From assembly GCA_964016885.1 (NCBI GenBank), contig OZ024745.1:124434001-124498000 (forward strand): a stretch of 64,000 nucleotides of DNA, read 5' to 3'. The position numbers and the translations under genes are program-made. Positions 39,599 to 54,809 of this stretch are shown here, piece after piece. Below the pieces are notes generated by a model that did not search any database, was not told where the DNA came from, and saw only the letters and a program-made list of their open reading frames with translations. The DNA is from Eledone cirrhosa. Taxonomy: Eukaryota. Numbering within the stretch: the first letter of the stretch is position 1; each line of letters begins with the position of its first letter.

Positions 39599-39805
39599 GA
39601 AAATAGAGAAATTAATGTGAGCAAGAAGCCAACAGTAATTCATAATATATAAGTGACTATTACGTCAAGTTGGAAAATATTTAACGTAAGATATGGGAAA
39701 TTAATTCAATCTCAATTCAAAAAATGTCAAGACAGAAATTTGATCCACAGATTTTGTGTAATCCATGGAAAAAACCCAATAGAGTGTGCATCTGTAAATA
39801 CGTGC

Positions 39806-39863
<58 letters not shown>

Positions 39864-40317
39864 GCACGTACATATATTTACAGATGCACACTTACATACA
39901 CATATGCATGACCCGTATATTGACATGCATACATGCACTTCCACTCATATACTTAGGTTAGGTGCACCTTTTTTCAGATTTTTTTATATCATTAATTTAT
40001 ATGGTTTAGGTTTTAAAAATTCTTTGGCGATTTGTATGGATGTACATAAACGTCATTATTAGCAACCTACAATCAAAAAGACGGTGTGAATAAAAATGAA
40101 TGAAGGGTACTGAGAAACAAAAATTTAAATGGAGATTGTATGTGAAAGCATCCTTTATGATAGTATCGTGGCTTTAACTTGAATAGTGGTGTGAAAGGTC
40201 TATTTATTGCATAACTGTGTGTGATGTTTCTGAATACTTGTAAATAGCTACATGTAAATATTTCAGTGTACGACTTATAATGGCAAAAATGTAGTATTAT
40301 AAAATTTAAATAGCTAA

Positions 40318-40471
40318 TTTCCCGGCGTTGAAGACGCTACTTTTTTCCTAAAATATGTCTCAAAAATCTACTATGCGTCCTGGAGGCCGAAGGTTGTTTT
40401 CAAATTTTTGGTTGTCGAAATTAGGGTGCGTCCTCGAGTACGAAGCGTCTTCGGCGCCGGGAAATACGGTA
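40318..40471. mobile_element. Tc1/mariner (pogo/Tc2-like) MITE
   Basis: tttcccggcg..gaagacgc / gcgtcttcggcgccgggaaatacggta; a related terminus taccgtatttgccggcg lies at 25678. Confidence 0.65.
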
Positions 40472-41082
40472 CTTAACAAGATGTATGTGTAAGATAGGCC
40501 GAATGATTTCATGTTTACATTTACCTCATTAAGTAGATGCATCAGTACATTGTACTTTACAAATAGGCAGAAAGGCCAGTTGAAACCATTGATATATGAA
40601 GATAACTCTTCAATAATTGACTATTTGGTTATTGATATTTAAATGATATCTGTTTCCTTTAGATCTTTAACATACTTGTACAGTGTGGTTGTATTTTTGT
40701 ATATGTTTGGTAATAAATGAATATGTATCTTTGTTAAATCTCGTTTGATACCTTCAGCTAGATAAATAAGTTGCTCTAATGAGAATTCTTTCTAATTCGG
40801 AAAGATCAAACAAACGGTTAAAAATTACATTGTCGTTGTGAGACAATGTAGAAATGTCGAGTAGGAAAGGTAATTAGGGAGTAACATGTCAGGTATAGTT
40901 CGAAGGTATTGGCACACAGTAGAAAATCAAAATGTGGGGGGGAGGGGGGGGGAGAGAGAGAGAAAATTTAACTAGAACAATGACTCCATGGACTAATTTT
41001 TATTGTGGATTCTCTGCATTCAGATATTTATTTCTGAGGGTTATTTATCGCATCATTTTTACATTAGTAAGTTTTTAACTAT

Positions 41083-42032
41083 GTGCCTACAGGCGCTCAC
41101 AGCCCTCTACCAAGCGGAAACGGCAATCAGCGGAGACTCCACTTCGACATTCTATAGGGGATTAGTGGAGGATAAGTGCGACGACGTTCTCAGGGAAACT
41201 CTAGGCATCGAGGAGGACAAACTGACCAGTCTGTTCGGGAGGACTTTCTATCCAGGGCCTATGGATAACTTCCAGAGGTCTCTGGTCTGGCAGTGCTACC
41301 GAGGAGCTCTACCAGTTCGAGACAAAATCTACAGGCACGGACGCCCTGACAGAGATCCTGCCAAAAGGACCTGTCCAAGATGCGAGCAGGACATCGAAAC
41401 CGTTCTGCACGCAATTGTTCAGTGCCCTGAGATGACCGAGCTGTGGAATTATGTCGAACAGCTGTCACGTGTGGGACGCATCCAGTTGTCAACCGAGTTC
41501 GTCGTGAGGATCACCCCGCCGCCTTCATTTAAGAACGAAGGAGAGGCGGTTTTACTCTGTCTGGTGGCTATGGTAAAAGAGATAATATGGTGGACGAGGT
41601 TAAAAGGACTGAGGGCAAACACCTTTCTCTCCGGACAACAACTTATCCCTTTTAATTATCAATTCAGAAGGAAGATGAGAGTGGAGAGAAAGGTGCTACA
41701 ACCCAGTAAATTCGTTGAAAGGTGGGTGAATGTGGCGAAAATGGTCCGAGTGAATGGGCCTTCTCTGTATATAAACCTGTAGGTTGAGGAAGATAAACAG
41801 AGCGAAGCAGGAACACCTACAAAGCGTGTTCCTGGTGTTGAGGGTTGTTCTATCCACGGGGTGTAAAACAACCCTGCAGTAACGTTCCCCCCTATTGGGG
41901 ATTTCAATTGTTATTTTATTATATATAGTTTATTGTTATGTATTAATGTTAAAGTTATTTTTATGTAAAACCCCCGTCGTCACGTCTTCTCATGTGCCAT
42001 TTTTGTACGACCCTGTGGCAAATAAAGAAAGA
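41083..42032 (+). mobile_element. 5'-truncated L1/Tx1-clade LINE (zf-RVT C-terminal domain plus 3' UTR)
   Basis: ORF to 41782 reads WQCYRGALPVRDK...CPRCEQDIETVLHAIVQC...LWNYV...IWWTR; the 3' UTR ends aataaagaaaga. Confidence 0.85.
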
Positions 42033-42624
42033 TATCTATTGAAATCTCATAAATGCATTCACTGATGAGAGGTTACCCGATTCTTATAACTTGTTATATT
42101 TATACGTTTTCCCCACTCTTTATAATAATGGTTGCGAACACTTTGGATATTCTTACTAAATAAGATTATTTGATTATTTCGAAGTTATTAACCATAAGTT
42201 GCTCAATTTCAGGTAACAAAATAATTTAGAACTCTACTTTCAATCTACTTCCAATTAACCACTCCATTCTTCCTGAACATGCTAAGCATATATCTGTAAA
42301 TGACAATGAAGTGTACCTACATTAAGTAACGAGGAAACTTTACGTTTTCGATGTCATAGCATGCATAGTTTCATTAACGAGAAGGACGTTATTATTTAAA
42401 TAACATAATTACATTCCCTCACTCGCTGTAAACGAAACTCTAACAAATACATTTCAACTAGAGTACATAAATATTTATTGTACTGTGCTAACCGAGAGAG
42501 CTATGATATAAGCATTACTAGAAATTACAGCCAAATAATATGTAGAGTAAAGTAAGCAATCGTATATTCCTCGTGTTTTTTTTCCAACACAGCATGTAGA
42601 ACAAAATTGTTATATACAATATAT

Positions 42625-42868
42625 GAATGAATTGGATTCTCAATCGTGAGGTTGTGAGTTCGATTCCTGGACCGGGTGAGCGTTATGTCCTTGAGCAAGA
42701 CACTTTATTTCACGTTGCTCCTTCTGCCTGGACTTTCGACCGGCGAAAGATAGTATTAGAAATTGTAAAGACAAACGGAAATATTGTTTCCTCGGTCCGA
42801 ATTGATGAGCTCCATACCCTCTCGTTAAGCGAAAGAAGTCTAAGTTAATGTCGATCGACGACCGTCGA
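42625..42868 (+). mobile_element. CORE-SINE, 5'-truncated
   Basis: Match to 30207-30418. Confidence 0.85.
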
Positions 42869-42870
42869 TA

Positions 42871-42902
<32 letters not shown>

Positions 42903-42921
42903 TCCCCCCCCTCTCTCTCTC

Positions 42922-42992
<71 letters not shown>

Positions 42993-43055
42993 TCTTGAAC
43001 AATTTCCTATATATATATGTATATATATAATTCTCTCTCTCTCGCTCTCTCTCGT

Positions 43056-43105
<50 letters not shown>

Positions 43106-43107
43106 GG

Positions 43108-43293
<186 letters not shown>

Positions 43294-43295
43294 CG

Positions 43296-43384
<89 letters not shown>

Positions 43385-43427
43385 ATACTTGGGGAGGGTC
43401 ATAGTGTTGTAATAATATTGCCAGAAT

Positions 43428-43593
43428 TAATAACTGTTTCTACTTTAGGCACAAGGCCAGCAATTAACCAGTGCATCACCATAAGGATGAAAGGCAAAGT
43501 CAACCTCGGCGGGATTTGAACTCAGATCGTAAAGGGACATATCTATGCTGGAAAGCATGGCTTCCGACCCTCCACCGATACTGCCAATCCACT
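43428..43593 (-). mobile_element. Meta-domain SINE with internal deletion
   Basis: Family match lacking tggtactttattttatcgac. Confidence 0.85.
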
Positions 43594-43850
43594 GAATAAC
43601 AGAACACACTCACTGTTTGGTTGTTTTTCGCTTCTGTATCTTTTATATCTCCGCAGTTAATTCATTTGGCCCTCAATGTTTATCATTGACTGACCAACGG
43701 TCAAAAATACAGATATAATATAGATATAAACACATATATAAAGTCTATCAAAGTACTTTCGTTGCACATCTGCAACATCATCAAGTATAATAATACTTGT
43801 TTCCACACACGATTTCATATAAAAAACTTCGCAAAACAAAATCATCGCCG

Positions 43851-43912
<62 letters not shown>

Positions 43913-44002
43913 ATAATAATAAATTTGAAGACTAAAATCCAAAGAGGGCTCGATGAGGATAAATATATATCAAATATATAAGAACCGTAGAGCAAATACT
44001 TA

Positions 44003-44036
<34 letters not shown>

Positions 44037-44040
<4 letters not shown>

Positions 44041-44230
44041 AACCAGTAAGACCCCGACAGCTGAGCTCAAGCCGTTTCGACGGCTAATTCTGGACTGAAT
44101 TAGCCGTCGAAACGGCTTGAGCTCAGCTGTCGGGGTCTTACTGGTTCCTATTACCCACTCTACTACCTCAAGTATTGAGTACTTTGGTGCGTTATGGTCC
44201 ACCTGGTTCCTTACCACATTTCCTTCGTTA
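44037..44230. mobile_element. 'AACGAAGG' family element, inverted copy plus tail
   Basis: 44040-44091 is the reverse complement of 44098-44149; ~80-nt extension to ttcgtta; TA flanks. Confidence 0.9.
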
Positions 44231-44665
44231 TATATATATATATATATATATATAATTCTTTAAATTGAATAGTTACAACACGTGCCTTCTCTTATGGCGC
44301 ACGTTTCCAAGTTTTCTTTCTTTTCTTACATTCATCTATTTTCCTATTTATTCTCTCCGAACCAGCCTCTTTTGTATTTCTCATCATAGGACTAACGGCT
44401 GAAAGGCCTACTTTTCTTACCATATCAAGCAGAAAACTATTACATACCATCATTGTATTGTATTATTCCCTTGTGCTGTCTTCCCTTGTTGACATTTCTT
44501 CTACATACACACATGCGCGCCTTGTCCCAAGAAAATGTATACATACTTCAAAAGCATTCTAATAAATATTGCCTGTACATGTAATCTGACTGTGTATACA
44601 TTTCATGGGGGCACCCTGCATATATATGTATATATATATATACATATATATATATATACATATAT

Positions 44666-44698
<33 letters not shown>

Positions 44699-44901
44699 TA
44701 TATACATATATATATATATGTACATATATATAATATATAATGTATAATATATATATAATATATATATATATACACACACATATATATATATATAGATATA
44801 TATACATATATATATATACACACATATATAAACATACATACTTATATATTTATATATATATATATATATATATATTCTACCACTATATATATATGTTCTA
44901 C

Positions 44902-44956
<55 letters not shown>

Positions 44957-45053
44957 CAAAGTTTAGCAAATAAGAAAAAGTTTCAAAATAAATTTCAAAA
45001 AATTCACTGTACTCACTATGGTTACCTTTACCGAATCGGTTTCGAGTCTCAAA

Positions 45054-45129
45054 AATAAATGGACAGTCCTAGCGGCCTTCCATTGAGTTTATCTTTTCAA
45101 TGGAAGGCCGCAAGGACTGTCCATTTATT
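45054..45129. repeat. 33-bp-arm hairpin
   Basis: aataaatggacagtcctagcggccttccattga / tcaatggaaggccgcaaggactgtccatttatt, one mismatch, 10-nt loop. Confidence 0.9.
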
Positions 45130-45359
45130 AGCTAAATATTAACTCTCCGTTGTAAGGAAGGACTGTTTCCAGCTGATCAAGCCCTATGGAATAGGTTATG
45201 TAATGTCTTAATAGAATATATAACCACTGTGAATTACAGGTGTAGCTGAAACTGTTTGATCAGTCCGTGATGCAGAAATTAACGTTAATTCGGGAACACT
45301 TATGTTATGCAATTATCATTACCCATTCTGCCACGGCTTCCATTACTAATTAACGTATA

Positions 45360-46500
45360 TCATGTGCAAAGATAAAGCAAAGTCTGCTGAGCTGAACAAT
45401 CTCGACACCGTTTAACGTCATCAGTTTGCCCAGAGCGTTTTTTGAATTTGGATGTAATAATATCTTGATATTCTCCTAAGCCAGCGCTCCCAACTATATC
45501 TTGTAAGTTGAGCTGCATCTGCCAGTTTGGTGGGTTTTCTTGCTTTTCGGTTGTCATTTGGCTGCAGATAACTAGATGGTGATCAGTTGACAGCTCATAC
45601 ACTCTCTTAACACGAACATCCAGAACAGAATCGGAGACAGTAAATAATCAATTACTGATTTCTATCTTCGATTTCTCCTATACCATATATACTTATGGGT
45701 ACCTTTGTGAAGGAAAACTATGTTTAACATTTGAGAGCCCGTTACTAAAGCATATGTCTATTAGGGTCTCTACGTTCGAATTTAGATCGGTGTCACCATT
45801 CCATCCAATCACTTATTGTGCATTGGAGTCGTTTAGTAGGCTATATAAGTCAGCCTTAATTCTATCCCTTGCGCCAATAAATTTATTTAGGAGGGATCTG
45901 TATTCGCTCTCTCTCTTGTGCATAGTTGCATCATCTACGGAGGCTCTTCTTTTAGCCTAATCCTACTTTCAATGGCATCCAGTCCATAACACCTTCCAAC
46001 AACCAAGGACCTTTGAGTGATTTTTGGCACCCCACTTGAATAGTGAAGTTTCCACCACCCATCAAAATCTACAGTCTCAGAAATACGGACCTTTGTTGGG
46101 GAAACCCCGACTATATCTAGCCGGTAGCATCTGGTTTCCTCCACTAGTTCCTGCTCCTTACCTTTAAGGTTTGTAACATTTCAGTTTCCAACTGTTAACG
46201 TCTGCACCTTTCTGGTTCCTATATTGTGTCTCTGGATACGCAACCTTTGTGCGTCCCATAATCCATACCTCATAAGAACAGATCGCCCGTCTTTTAGGCG
46301 TTAGATTGAGATTGCTGTATACTATTCAAACAGATTCCACTTCCAAAGGCCAGAACGTATCCTTTGTTACTCAGCACCATGGGCCATGTAGTATGATGGC
46401 CTTTACTGAATCTGACCATACTACAGCTTTCGGTGGTCTTTTTCGCGAAGATTCAGTCATTTTGTCAGATCCACGTAGACAATGCTTTTTAGGAGGCGGC
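45360..46500 (-). mobile_element. Decayed RTE-clade LINE 5' part (apurinic endonuclease domain)
   Basis: Minus frames read GN*NVTNLKGKEQELVEETRCYRLDIVGVSPTK and VLDVRVKRVYELSTDHHLVIC. Confidence 0.8.
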
Positions 46501-48305
46501 CATTATTCACATTGGCCTAAATATATCTCTGGATTAGGAAAGCTAACAATATCCTCCATTGTTCCATCTCTCTCCAGTAGCTTACTGCTGTTTATTCCGG
46601 TGTTGCTTATTCGTTCGTCAAGAGCCCATTCATATGACAACTAACCATTATATTTGGTGGTCGTACCGCTATCCAATTTCTTCTCTAGAACAGCTTTACC
46701 GACAAATTGTGGTAGAGCAGTGAATATTTATTTTGGTTATCTGCATTCTGTGTTCAAATCTCACTGATGTCCACATTAATCAATGTTGTTAGATAAAAAA
46801 AGTATACATTCAAACTTATGCTTCTAAAGTTATAGCTTCTTTGGCACGTGAATTTCTAGTTCAGTTTAGTTTTCTAAAAGGTCCTAAATATATAAATGCC
46901 TGTAAACGCAGAAAAAAATTATTAGACAGAGAGGGAAGTAATGGTTTAAAGGTCATTGATTCAATAGTTAAGTAAGTACTCATTAAATAATCTGAATAGA
47001 CTTTTCGAATGATTGGAGGATACTTAAGAAACGAATTTTGTTGTATTATAAGGGTCGAACAGTAATATAGTCAAATGGGCAAGTAGAATAATGAACACGT
47101 AAATGGAAATATAAAACATTTTGCTGGCAAAGGGAGAGAAGTTTCTCTGCACGTTAAGCATAGCATGATTTTCTTGATTATTCCAAATGTATTTCATTGT
47201 TACTGAAATAATTTCCAATTCTTCTGACTGAAGGGTTTACTAATTAAGTCTGTAGAATTACGTTTGAAGAGTGAAATTAAGTATTATTATTTCCTTTAAG
47301 GCTTTCGTTCTAACAATGGCTTTTCTCTGAATAGTTTTAATACTTTAACAAGAAATTTGGAAGCTTAGATATTTTACTAAACAGGAAATCAGAACAATAA
47401 TTGGCAAAACTCCAGAAATATTTGTTTCTGAGTAAAATATAGCCATTAGCCTAACAGGGGAAATAGCAATAAACTTGATAGATAATAAACAACAAGTCTG
47501 CACCTTTTCAATCTAAGATATTTTCCAACCTCCTGGTCCTCAACAACACCTGGAGTTGCTGACAATCAGCTGTCCACTTTCCTGGCTTGTTGTTTAGTTA
47601 ATCGAATTTAGAAACTTAGAGTGATAAATGAAATTTCCTTGGTGCAGAATGATACAAATCCAATTGTAGAAAATAATTAATCATACAAGTTTAATGTCCT
47701 TATCTTATAAGAAAGGACAGATCCGATTAACTCATATATGAACCTGCAGGATTGATGGGTGATGACCTCAGATGAATGGTCACATGCTTGAATTAAATAT
47801 CTGGTGCACTTCTTTTCCTTATCTACCTAGATACATGCACAGGTTACTTAAGACATAGTTTTAGCTGCTGGCACTGCAAATTCATTTCAAGTTACTGATA
47901 GTAAAAATACCTCTGCAATGTTAGTCTCAGGAAAAAAAAAAGACAATACCCATTACAAATAAATCATTTTTCATTTTAAAAGGATTTAGAATAGTTTATT
48001 CATTGGTGAAGCAATCATTCAGCAGCTACAACTTTTTAAATTAACAAATGACAATTTCTTTGACAACTAATGGAGCCACAACATTGCAAATTATAGTAAG
48101 GTTGAATATGTGGACATTTGAATGGCATGGGTTTTAGTAAAACTATTAATCACACACCGGAGTGTTTATGTAGTTCACTTCGCAATCATGAAAGATCGAG
48201 ATCAATCCTACTTCGTGGCATCTTGGACATGTGTCTTTTCTTGAGCCTCGGGTCTACTTAAATAAATGGGTGGACAGCTAGTGAACAGTAGTGGAAACCA
48301 ATTAC

Positions 48306-48362
<57 letters not shown>

Positions 48363-48372
48363 GATGTTGTTT

Positions 48373-48426
<54 letters not shown>

Positions 48427-48428
<2 letters not shown>

Positions 48429-50725
48429 CTTCTTCTTCTTCTTCTTCTTCTTTTTCTTCTCTCACTTATTCCTGAGAGGGTTGTGGGGGCAGAGTCCTCA
48501 AACACTCCTTCCAGCAGGTCGTGTCAGAAGCAACCGTCTCCAACTGATCCGGCTGGATCCCCAAAGCAGGATCAGATGAGTCCATAGTTGTTATGGACAA
48601 CAATCTTGCTCGGGATCAACCCCTGGGTCATCTGCCGGTTGGCTTTGCCCGTAAAATCTGTCCAGTGAATCTTTTCTGAAATATTATAACCACATGTCCA
48701 TAGTATGGGAGCTGTGATTTCTCAATTCAGAGAAGTAGCGGTGTTACCTGAAATGACTCTCTCATCTCCGAGCTACGTACTCTATCGAATAACCTTACTC
48801 CAAATACTTTTCGGCGGTACCCTATTTCCACCACTTGTACTCGAGATCATATTCCTTCGGTTATTACTCAAGATTCATGAACATAAGTAAGGGTTGGCAC
48901 GAATTCCTAATTGAAGATAGTAAGTTTGGCTTTTACAACAACGTCCCTTCTTCTGATTACCGAATACATTCTTGCACTTAATTCAACATCCTCCCTTCCA
49001 TCCCTCGTGAACACGGTCCCGAGATACGTAAACGTCTCCACCCGCTTTAGTGGAACGCCATTCAATTGTAGAGTGAACTGCCCAGGCCTCTTTCAAAGGA
49101 CGAGTGTCTCAGGTTCTGAAGTACTGATTAATTTTATTCCAGCCATTCAACACATGGCAACAAACCTATCATGTGCAAGTCGGAGATCACCATCTTTCGA
49201 GTAAAGTAATAAAATATCGTCTGCAAATTCCAGCCGACTGTTACCACTTCCCACACGGCTGTGCATGTCAATCCTGATCATGGAAATAATTGTTTCTACA
49301 TTAGGCACAAGGCCAGCAATTACCCAGTGCATTACTGGTACTTTATTTTATCGACCCCGTAAGGATGAAAGGCAAAGTTAACCTTGGCGGGATTTGAACT
49401 CAGAATGGCAAGGGCCGTAACTCTATACGTCAAAGCATGGCGTCCGACCCTCTACCAATACTGCCAATCCACCGCCATAATCATGGAAATAATGAACAGG
49501 AAATGTGACGGTACGCATTCCTGGCAAATTCCAACTCTCACATTGAATGGTTTCGATTTAGCATCATTTATCAGAATACAAATAGACACCATTTATCAAA
49601 ATACTTATAGCCACATCAGAGCAACAAGAAGCTGACCATCGATCCCATACTGCTGCAGAACCTCCCACAGCAGGTCCAGAGGAACGCAGTCATATGTCTT
49701 TTCGAAATGTACAAAACAAGAATATATTTCTTGGCAATACCTTTTCGATTTCTCGAAGACCTGGTGCAGTGTTAACAATTGGTTGGCTTTGATGTGTTCG
49801 GGGCGAAAGCCACATTGCTCATCAGCTAGCTTACATTCGACAATCCCCATACGTTTCTTTGCCAGACTCTTCGCATAGACTCAATTGTGAAGGCTTTAAA
49901 AGGAGATCCCTCTATATTTGAAACAATCTCTCTTCCCTCCCCTCTCTTTTTAAAAAATTTGATTACCACTCTCGATTGCCATTGCTCAGGTGCCTTTCCA
50001 GAGGTCCATCCCACTCGGCACATATGAGTCAGCCAGAGAATACCAATCCTATTTAGGGCTTTTAACATCTCGGGTAGGATTTCATCTTCCCCAGACCTTG
50101 CCACATCTTTGCTCTTTAATTGCTCTTCTGATCTCAGCCGGTGAGAGATTAGTCTCCGCTCCCAGACGTATATATCAGAAGATGCTGTTGTAATAGGGTT
50201 TAGGAGATCAGCATAACTAGTGTGGAGGAGGACTTCTTATTACGAAGTCGGCAGATGGTCTACCAGAACACTTTATATGGTGATTTGAAGTCGGATTCCA
50301 ACATAGTTACACAGTCTTCTCATGTTTTAATGTTGGACGCCTTTATTGTCTCTCCTGCAATGTGTCGTGCATGCTTGTACCGGAAATGCAAGATGAGGGT
50401 CTTATTACCAGGTCAAGTTTTGTAGGCCTCTTTCTTTGCTCGGATGGCATCTTTGTTCTTTTGATTGAACCAAGGGGCTTTGCTGCCATCCGGTGCCATA
50501 CCAAGCCCCTATCCCGCGAAAGAGAAACTGCTGACCTGAAAAATCTCCACTCTGTTTCAACGTCCCTAGTTTTCTCTAAATGTGGATGCAATAGCATCTG
50601 CATACCTAGTCCTGACTTCATTATCTACCAACACTTCCCATTTTATCCTGTAGGTCACTCTGGACCTGCCAGTAAAGAATGTTATAAATAGCTTCCATTG
50701 GGGCAGCAGATCACGTCGAGGTTTA
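48427..50725 (-). mobile_element. Decayed RTE-clade LINE (RT domain to 3' end with (GAA)n tail), interrupted by a SINE
   Basis: GEDEILPEMLKAL, LADEQCGFRP, CFVHFEKTYDCVP..LLWEVLQQYGIDGQLL and LEFADDILLL; frameshifts throughout. Confidence 0.9.
49291..49479 (-). mobile_element. Meta-domain SINE inserted into the RTE RT domain
   Basis: 14-bp TSD atcatggaaataat at 49277-49290 and 49480-49493. Confidence 0.92.
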
Positions 50726-51238
50726 GTATGCCAGATAGCAAAAAATAAATTGTATATATGTGAATCTAACTGTTTATTTAATCTGAATAGTAAGTAGTAT
50801 CATAGATTGCTTATCGAACAAATTATTACGCAGATGAAATATTCATATTGCTTCATATCTCTTAGCCATACAGAAATTCACTATATTATAATGAGTTATC
50901 AAATCATTAAAAACAAAGGAAAAAATATAATGAAAGAATACAAATGTGCAATTAACCTTTCCTGCAGTTAATTATTAACTAGCTGCAATGAAATACTTAA
51001 GCAGCATTAAAACGTAATGTAGTTTTCTAAAATTAAATTAGAAACAGATATCTGTTGAGGAATGCAAATATTATTTTTGAAATATTTATAGAAAAGTATT
51101 AGGATCGCATATATTTTCACTTTTTTATTTTTACCTGAACAATTTGTAAAATAGACGCATATTAATATAAACACATAGACACATACTGTCAGACGCACGT
51201 ACAAACAAACCACAGTCACAAACATAGATATGTATTTA

Positions 51239-51297
<59 letters not shown>

Positions 51298-51299
<2 letters not shown>

Positions 51300-51488
51300 C
51301 GAAGGAATTGTGGTAAGGAACCAGATGGACCTTAACGCACCATCGTACTCAATATTTAGGGTAGTAGAGTGGGTAATAGGAAAATGTATGACCCCGACGG
51401 CAGAGATCAAGCCGTTACGACGGCTATTTCTGGACTGAAATAGCCGTCGAAATGGCTTGAGCTCTGCCGTCGGGGTCATACATTTTCC

Positions 51489-51490
<2 letters not shown>
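51298..51490. mobile_element. 'AACGAAGG' family element, tail plus inverted copy
   Basis: Full copy followed by an inverted partial ending ttttccta-(TA)n. Confidence 0.9.
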
Positions 51491-51520
<30 letters not shown>

Positions 51521-51921
51521 GGTATGTATGTATTATGTGAGTGTGTGTGTGTGTATGTGTGTGTGTGTGTGTATATGTACGTACGTAACTATGAAAGAGT
51601 TAGTAAGAATTGCTAGAGCACCAGAATAGATTCCTCGTGATATGGGTTCCAATTCGCTGTTTCCTGGGTTCAAATCCCACGGAGGTCAATATTCTTAAAA
51701 CTCTCAGAGTCGATAAAATAATGTATCAATCCAGTAGAAGGATTGCCAGAAATATTAACCCATATCAGAGTTATTTGCGTTCTGAATTCACCTGACATTA
51801 CTGGTACTAAGATATTTCACTTAATGCCGTCTTCCTGAACAACATCGAGATCCGCTACAAAAATGACTTGCCCAGGTAACCATCGCGCCGACGATCATCG
51901 CAAGTGTAAATGCATGGCGTC

Positions 51922-51998
<77 letters not shown>

Positions 51999-52011
51999 AG
52001 TGTGTGTATGT

Positions 52012-52052
<41 letters not shown>

Positions 52053-52109
52053 TGTGTGTATGTGTTTATATATATATATATATATATATATGTGCGTGTG
52101 TGTATGTGT

Positions 52110-52146
<37 letters not shown>

Positions 52147-52155
52147 TGTGTGTGT

Positions 52156-52221
<66 letters not shown>

Positions 52222-52237
52222 GTGTGTGTATGAGTGC

Positions 52238-52275
<38 letters not shown>

Positions 52276-53289
52276 TGTGTGTGTATATATGCGCACACTT
52301 TTGTTCCGTTATGAACATAAATAAATAATAAGTATATATATATATATATATATGAGAGAGCGAGCGAGAGAGATAGATAGATGGAGAGAGAGAGAGAGAG
52401 AGGAAGAGAAAAAAGAAAGGGAGAGAGAGAGAAAGAGAGTGAGAGAGAGTGAGAGAGGGGGGAGTAGTGAGAATTATATATGAAAATGGCGTAGAGATAG
52501 AAAATTCAGAAGTAAAAAAAACAAGCTTAAAAAGCAAAATCATGAACAATATTTCCAATCTGAATTTTATGAGACATTCTTTATTATCGTAATATTATTT
52601 CCATTTATCAATCGATATTTATATTATCTTTGATCAAGAAATATTGGCACAGATCACTGATAGGATATTTATTGATTGAATCTGCGGCAATTTCCATAAT
52701 ATTCAGAAATTTATTATAGCTATTTTGCTAATCACTTCAACAGAGTAACGTTCAGTTGCTATTGAGCGGGAATAAATGGTTATTGACTGTTTCGTTTCGT
52801 TCGGATTGTCTTCACAGCTGCCAATATGTGTCACTCACATAGCACGTTAGAATACCACCAGCAGCGTTATGCCTAAATTATATAATATGAAGCTAATGGC
52901 GTCATAGGCAAATCCTGCTTCTAATACTTTCAAATGAGGAAATATAATCTGGCTATTACGTTCACACACAAACACACACCTATACACACACGCACACGCC
53001 CCCCCCCACACACATGTGTATATATATATATATATATACATGTCTTCATACATACAAACATGCGTCCATATATGATGGCTGCAAACTCTGCTAAGAGTAT
53101 TGCAATCGCTTCTCAGATTATAGAGTTTGGTGCACTTTTAGGCTACGGCCAGCCACAGAAACCTGTAACATATCCTGAACAAGCAATGCCTGTGCTTTGA
53201 AAGTTTTTAAAGTGGGGAAAGGCCTTTCACTCGACCAATCCCGCACTTTGAGCATCGAAAACACTACCTGAAAAGGAGGACTGGTCAAC

Positions 53290-53840
53290 ATCATCTGATG
53301 CTTCCGAAGCCGCAGGTTTTTTTTCAGCGTTTCCTTCTCCTAGAAAGTGCTGTGACAACTGGGGCCTTTTACTCCCATGTGAGAAAAAAAAGCACTTTTT
53401 GGATGACCTCTGACTCTGCTGAGTTTCTCCGTCCTTTGCTGGGTCTTGTAATTCATCACTCAGGGTGTCCAAATATCACCCTCCTCACCTAGCAAGCTTG
53501 GTGGGTTTGCCCGTTTAGTCGCCGACAACCAGACCATGAGACAGATTGTACTGGGTTACATGTTACCAGTAGCACTCGAGAACGACCTGACATATATGTA
53601 TATATGTGTGTATATATGTGTGTTTGTATATATGTGTATGTATCTATATATGTATATATATGTATAAATGTATATATGTATATATGTATATAGATACATA
53701 TATAGATACATACACATATATACACACACACATATATACTCACATATACAAACACACACGTATATATATGGTAACATGTAACCCAGTACAACCTGTCGCA
53801 TTGTCGGGTCGTCGGCGACTAAACCGGCAACCCCACCAAG
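53290..53840. mobile_element. Diverged RTE-derived element 5' part (minus, to 53592) with an inverted duplicate of its head (53769-53840)
   Basis: Matches the 13967 family head (ggtaacatgta.cccagtacaacctgtc...ggcgactaaac). Confidence 0.65.
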
Positions 53841-54436
53841 TTAAAATATTTGGAAGCCCTACAATTCACGCATTGTAGAGCTTCAAAATATTTAAACTTA
53901 TTCAAATTTGCATTTCCCATTCCACAATGCTTCAAGCAAACGACAACATAGGTATATCCTCTCGTCACAAAATACTGTTTCTGTGTAAAAGTTGTTTAGA
54001 AATATCTACATTTAGTGACCACATTATTTCGTGGATTCGTATAGGTTCTTATATCTCTAGCCTTGATGAAAGAAGAACCCCAAAATGATGCATTGTTTCG
54101 AAGTCAATGTGCCCAACCCTCACCAACGAAATAGTCCAAAGTATAGACAACGTATGTAGAATTTAGTTATATAATAGCTTTAAATAACTTTTTCTGTATA
54201 TACTTACACCCCAAAGCTATTATACCAATCCATTTTGCATATAATCTATGTCTGGCTTGTGTCTGTCTTTGACAGGTTACAGGTGAATGATTTTGAATTT
54301 CATATTAATGTTCCATCTAGGACGCAATACACAATACATAATGCTCGTAGCAAAATTTGCATTCAAATACAAGCTAAAACAAACTGGAATAACGACTTTA
54401 CCTACATATAGAATCGTGATGTAATATTATACTGTT

Positions 54437-54511
<75 letters not shown>

Positions 54512-54809
54512 ATATATATATCTATATATAAATATATATATATATATGTCCAGCTCCTGGGTGTGTTGTTAGTCCTGCGAGGAACTGGAATCATTTCTAC
54601 ATTAATTCGTACATTAATTAGGCTGCTCAGCCGTTAATATGCATAAGGAAAGTATATACTTTCAAAACGTTCAATCATCTGACAGAAAGGTATACGATGC
54701 TGACATAGCTAATAAGCTTGAAACTAGTTCATCGTTCCTTTGTCAGTGTTGAACAAAAGAGCAACAATGGTTGTCGAACACTGTACGGCGTAATTCGGGC
54801 TGTTTGTTT

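Noticed and set aside
41003-41782. 259-aa ORF as a host gene
   Set aside because: It is the zf-RVT end of a truncated L1/Tx1 element; the N-terminal 27 codons are flanking DNA.
45173-45268. CTGATCA...GAAACTG-tttgat-CAGTC hammerhead-like motif
   Set aside because: Core G8 is replaced by C and stem I does not pair; at best a dead relic.
45360-50725. Single full-length RTE combining the endonuclease and RT fragments
   Set aside because: On the minus strand the endonuclease piece lies downstream of the RT copy's tail, so they are separate insertions.
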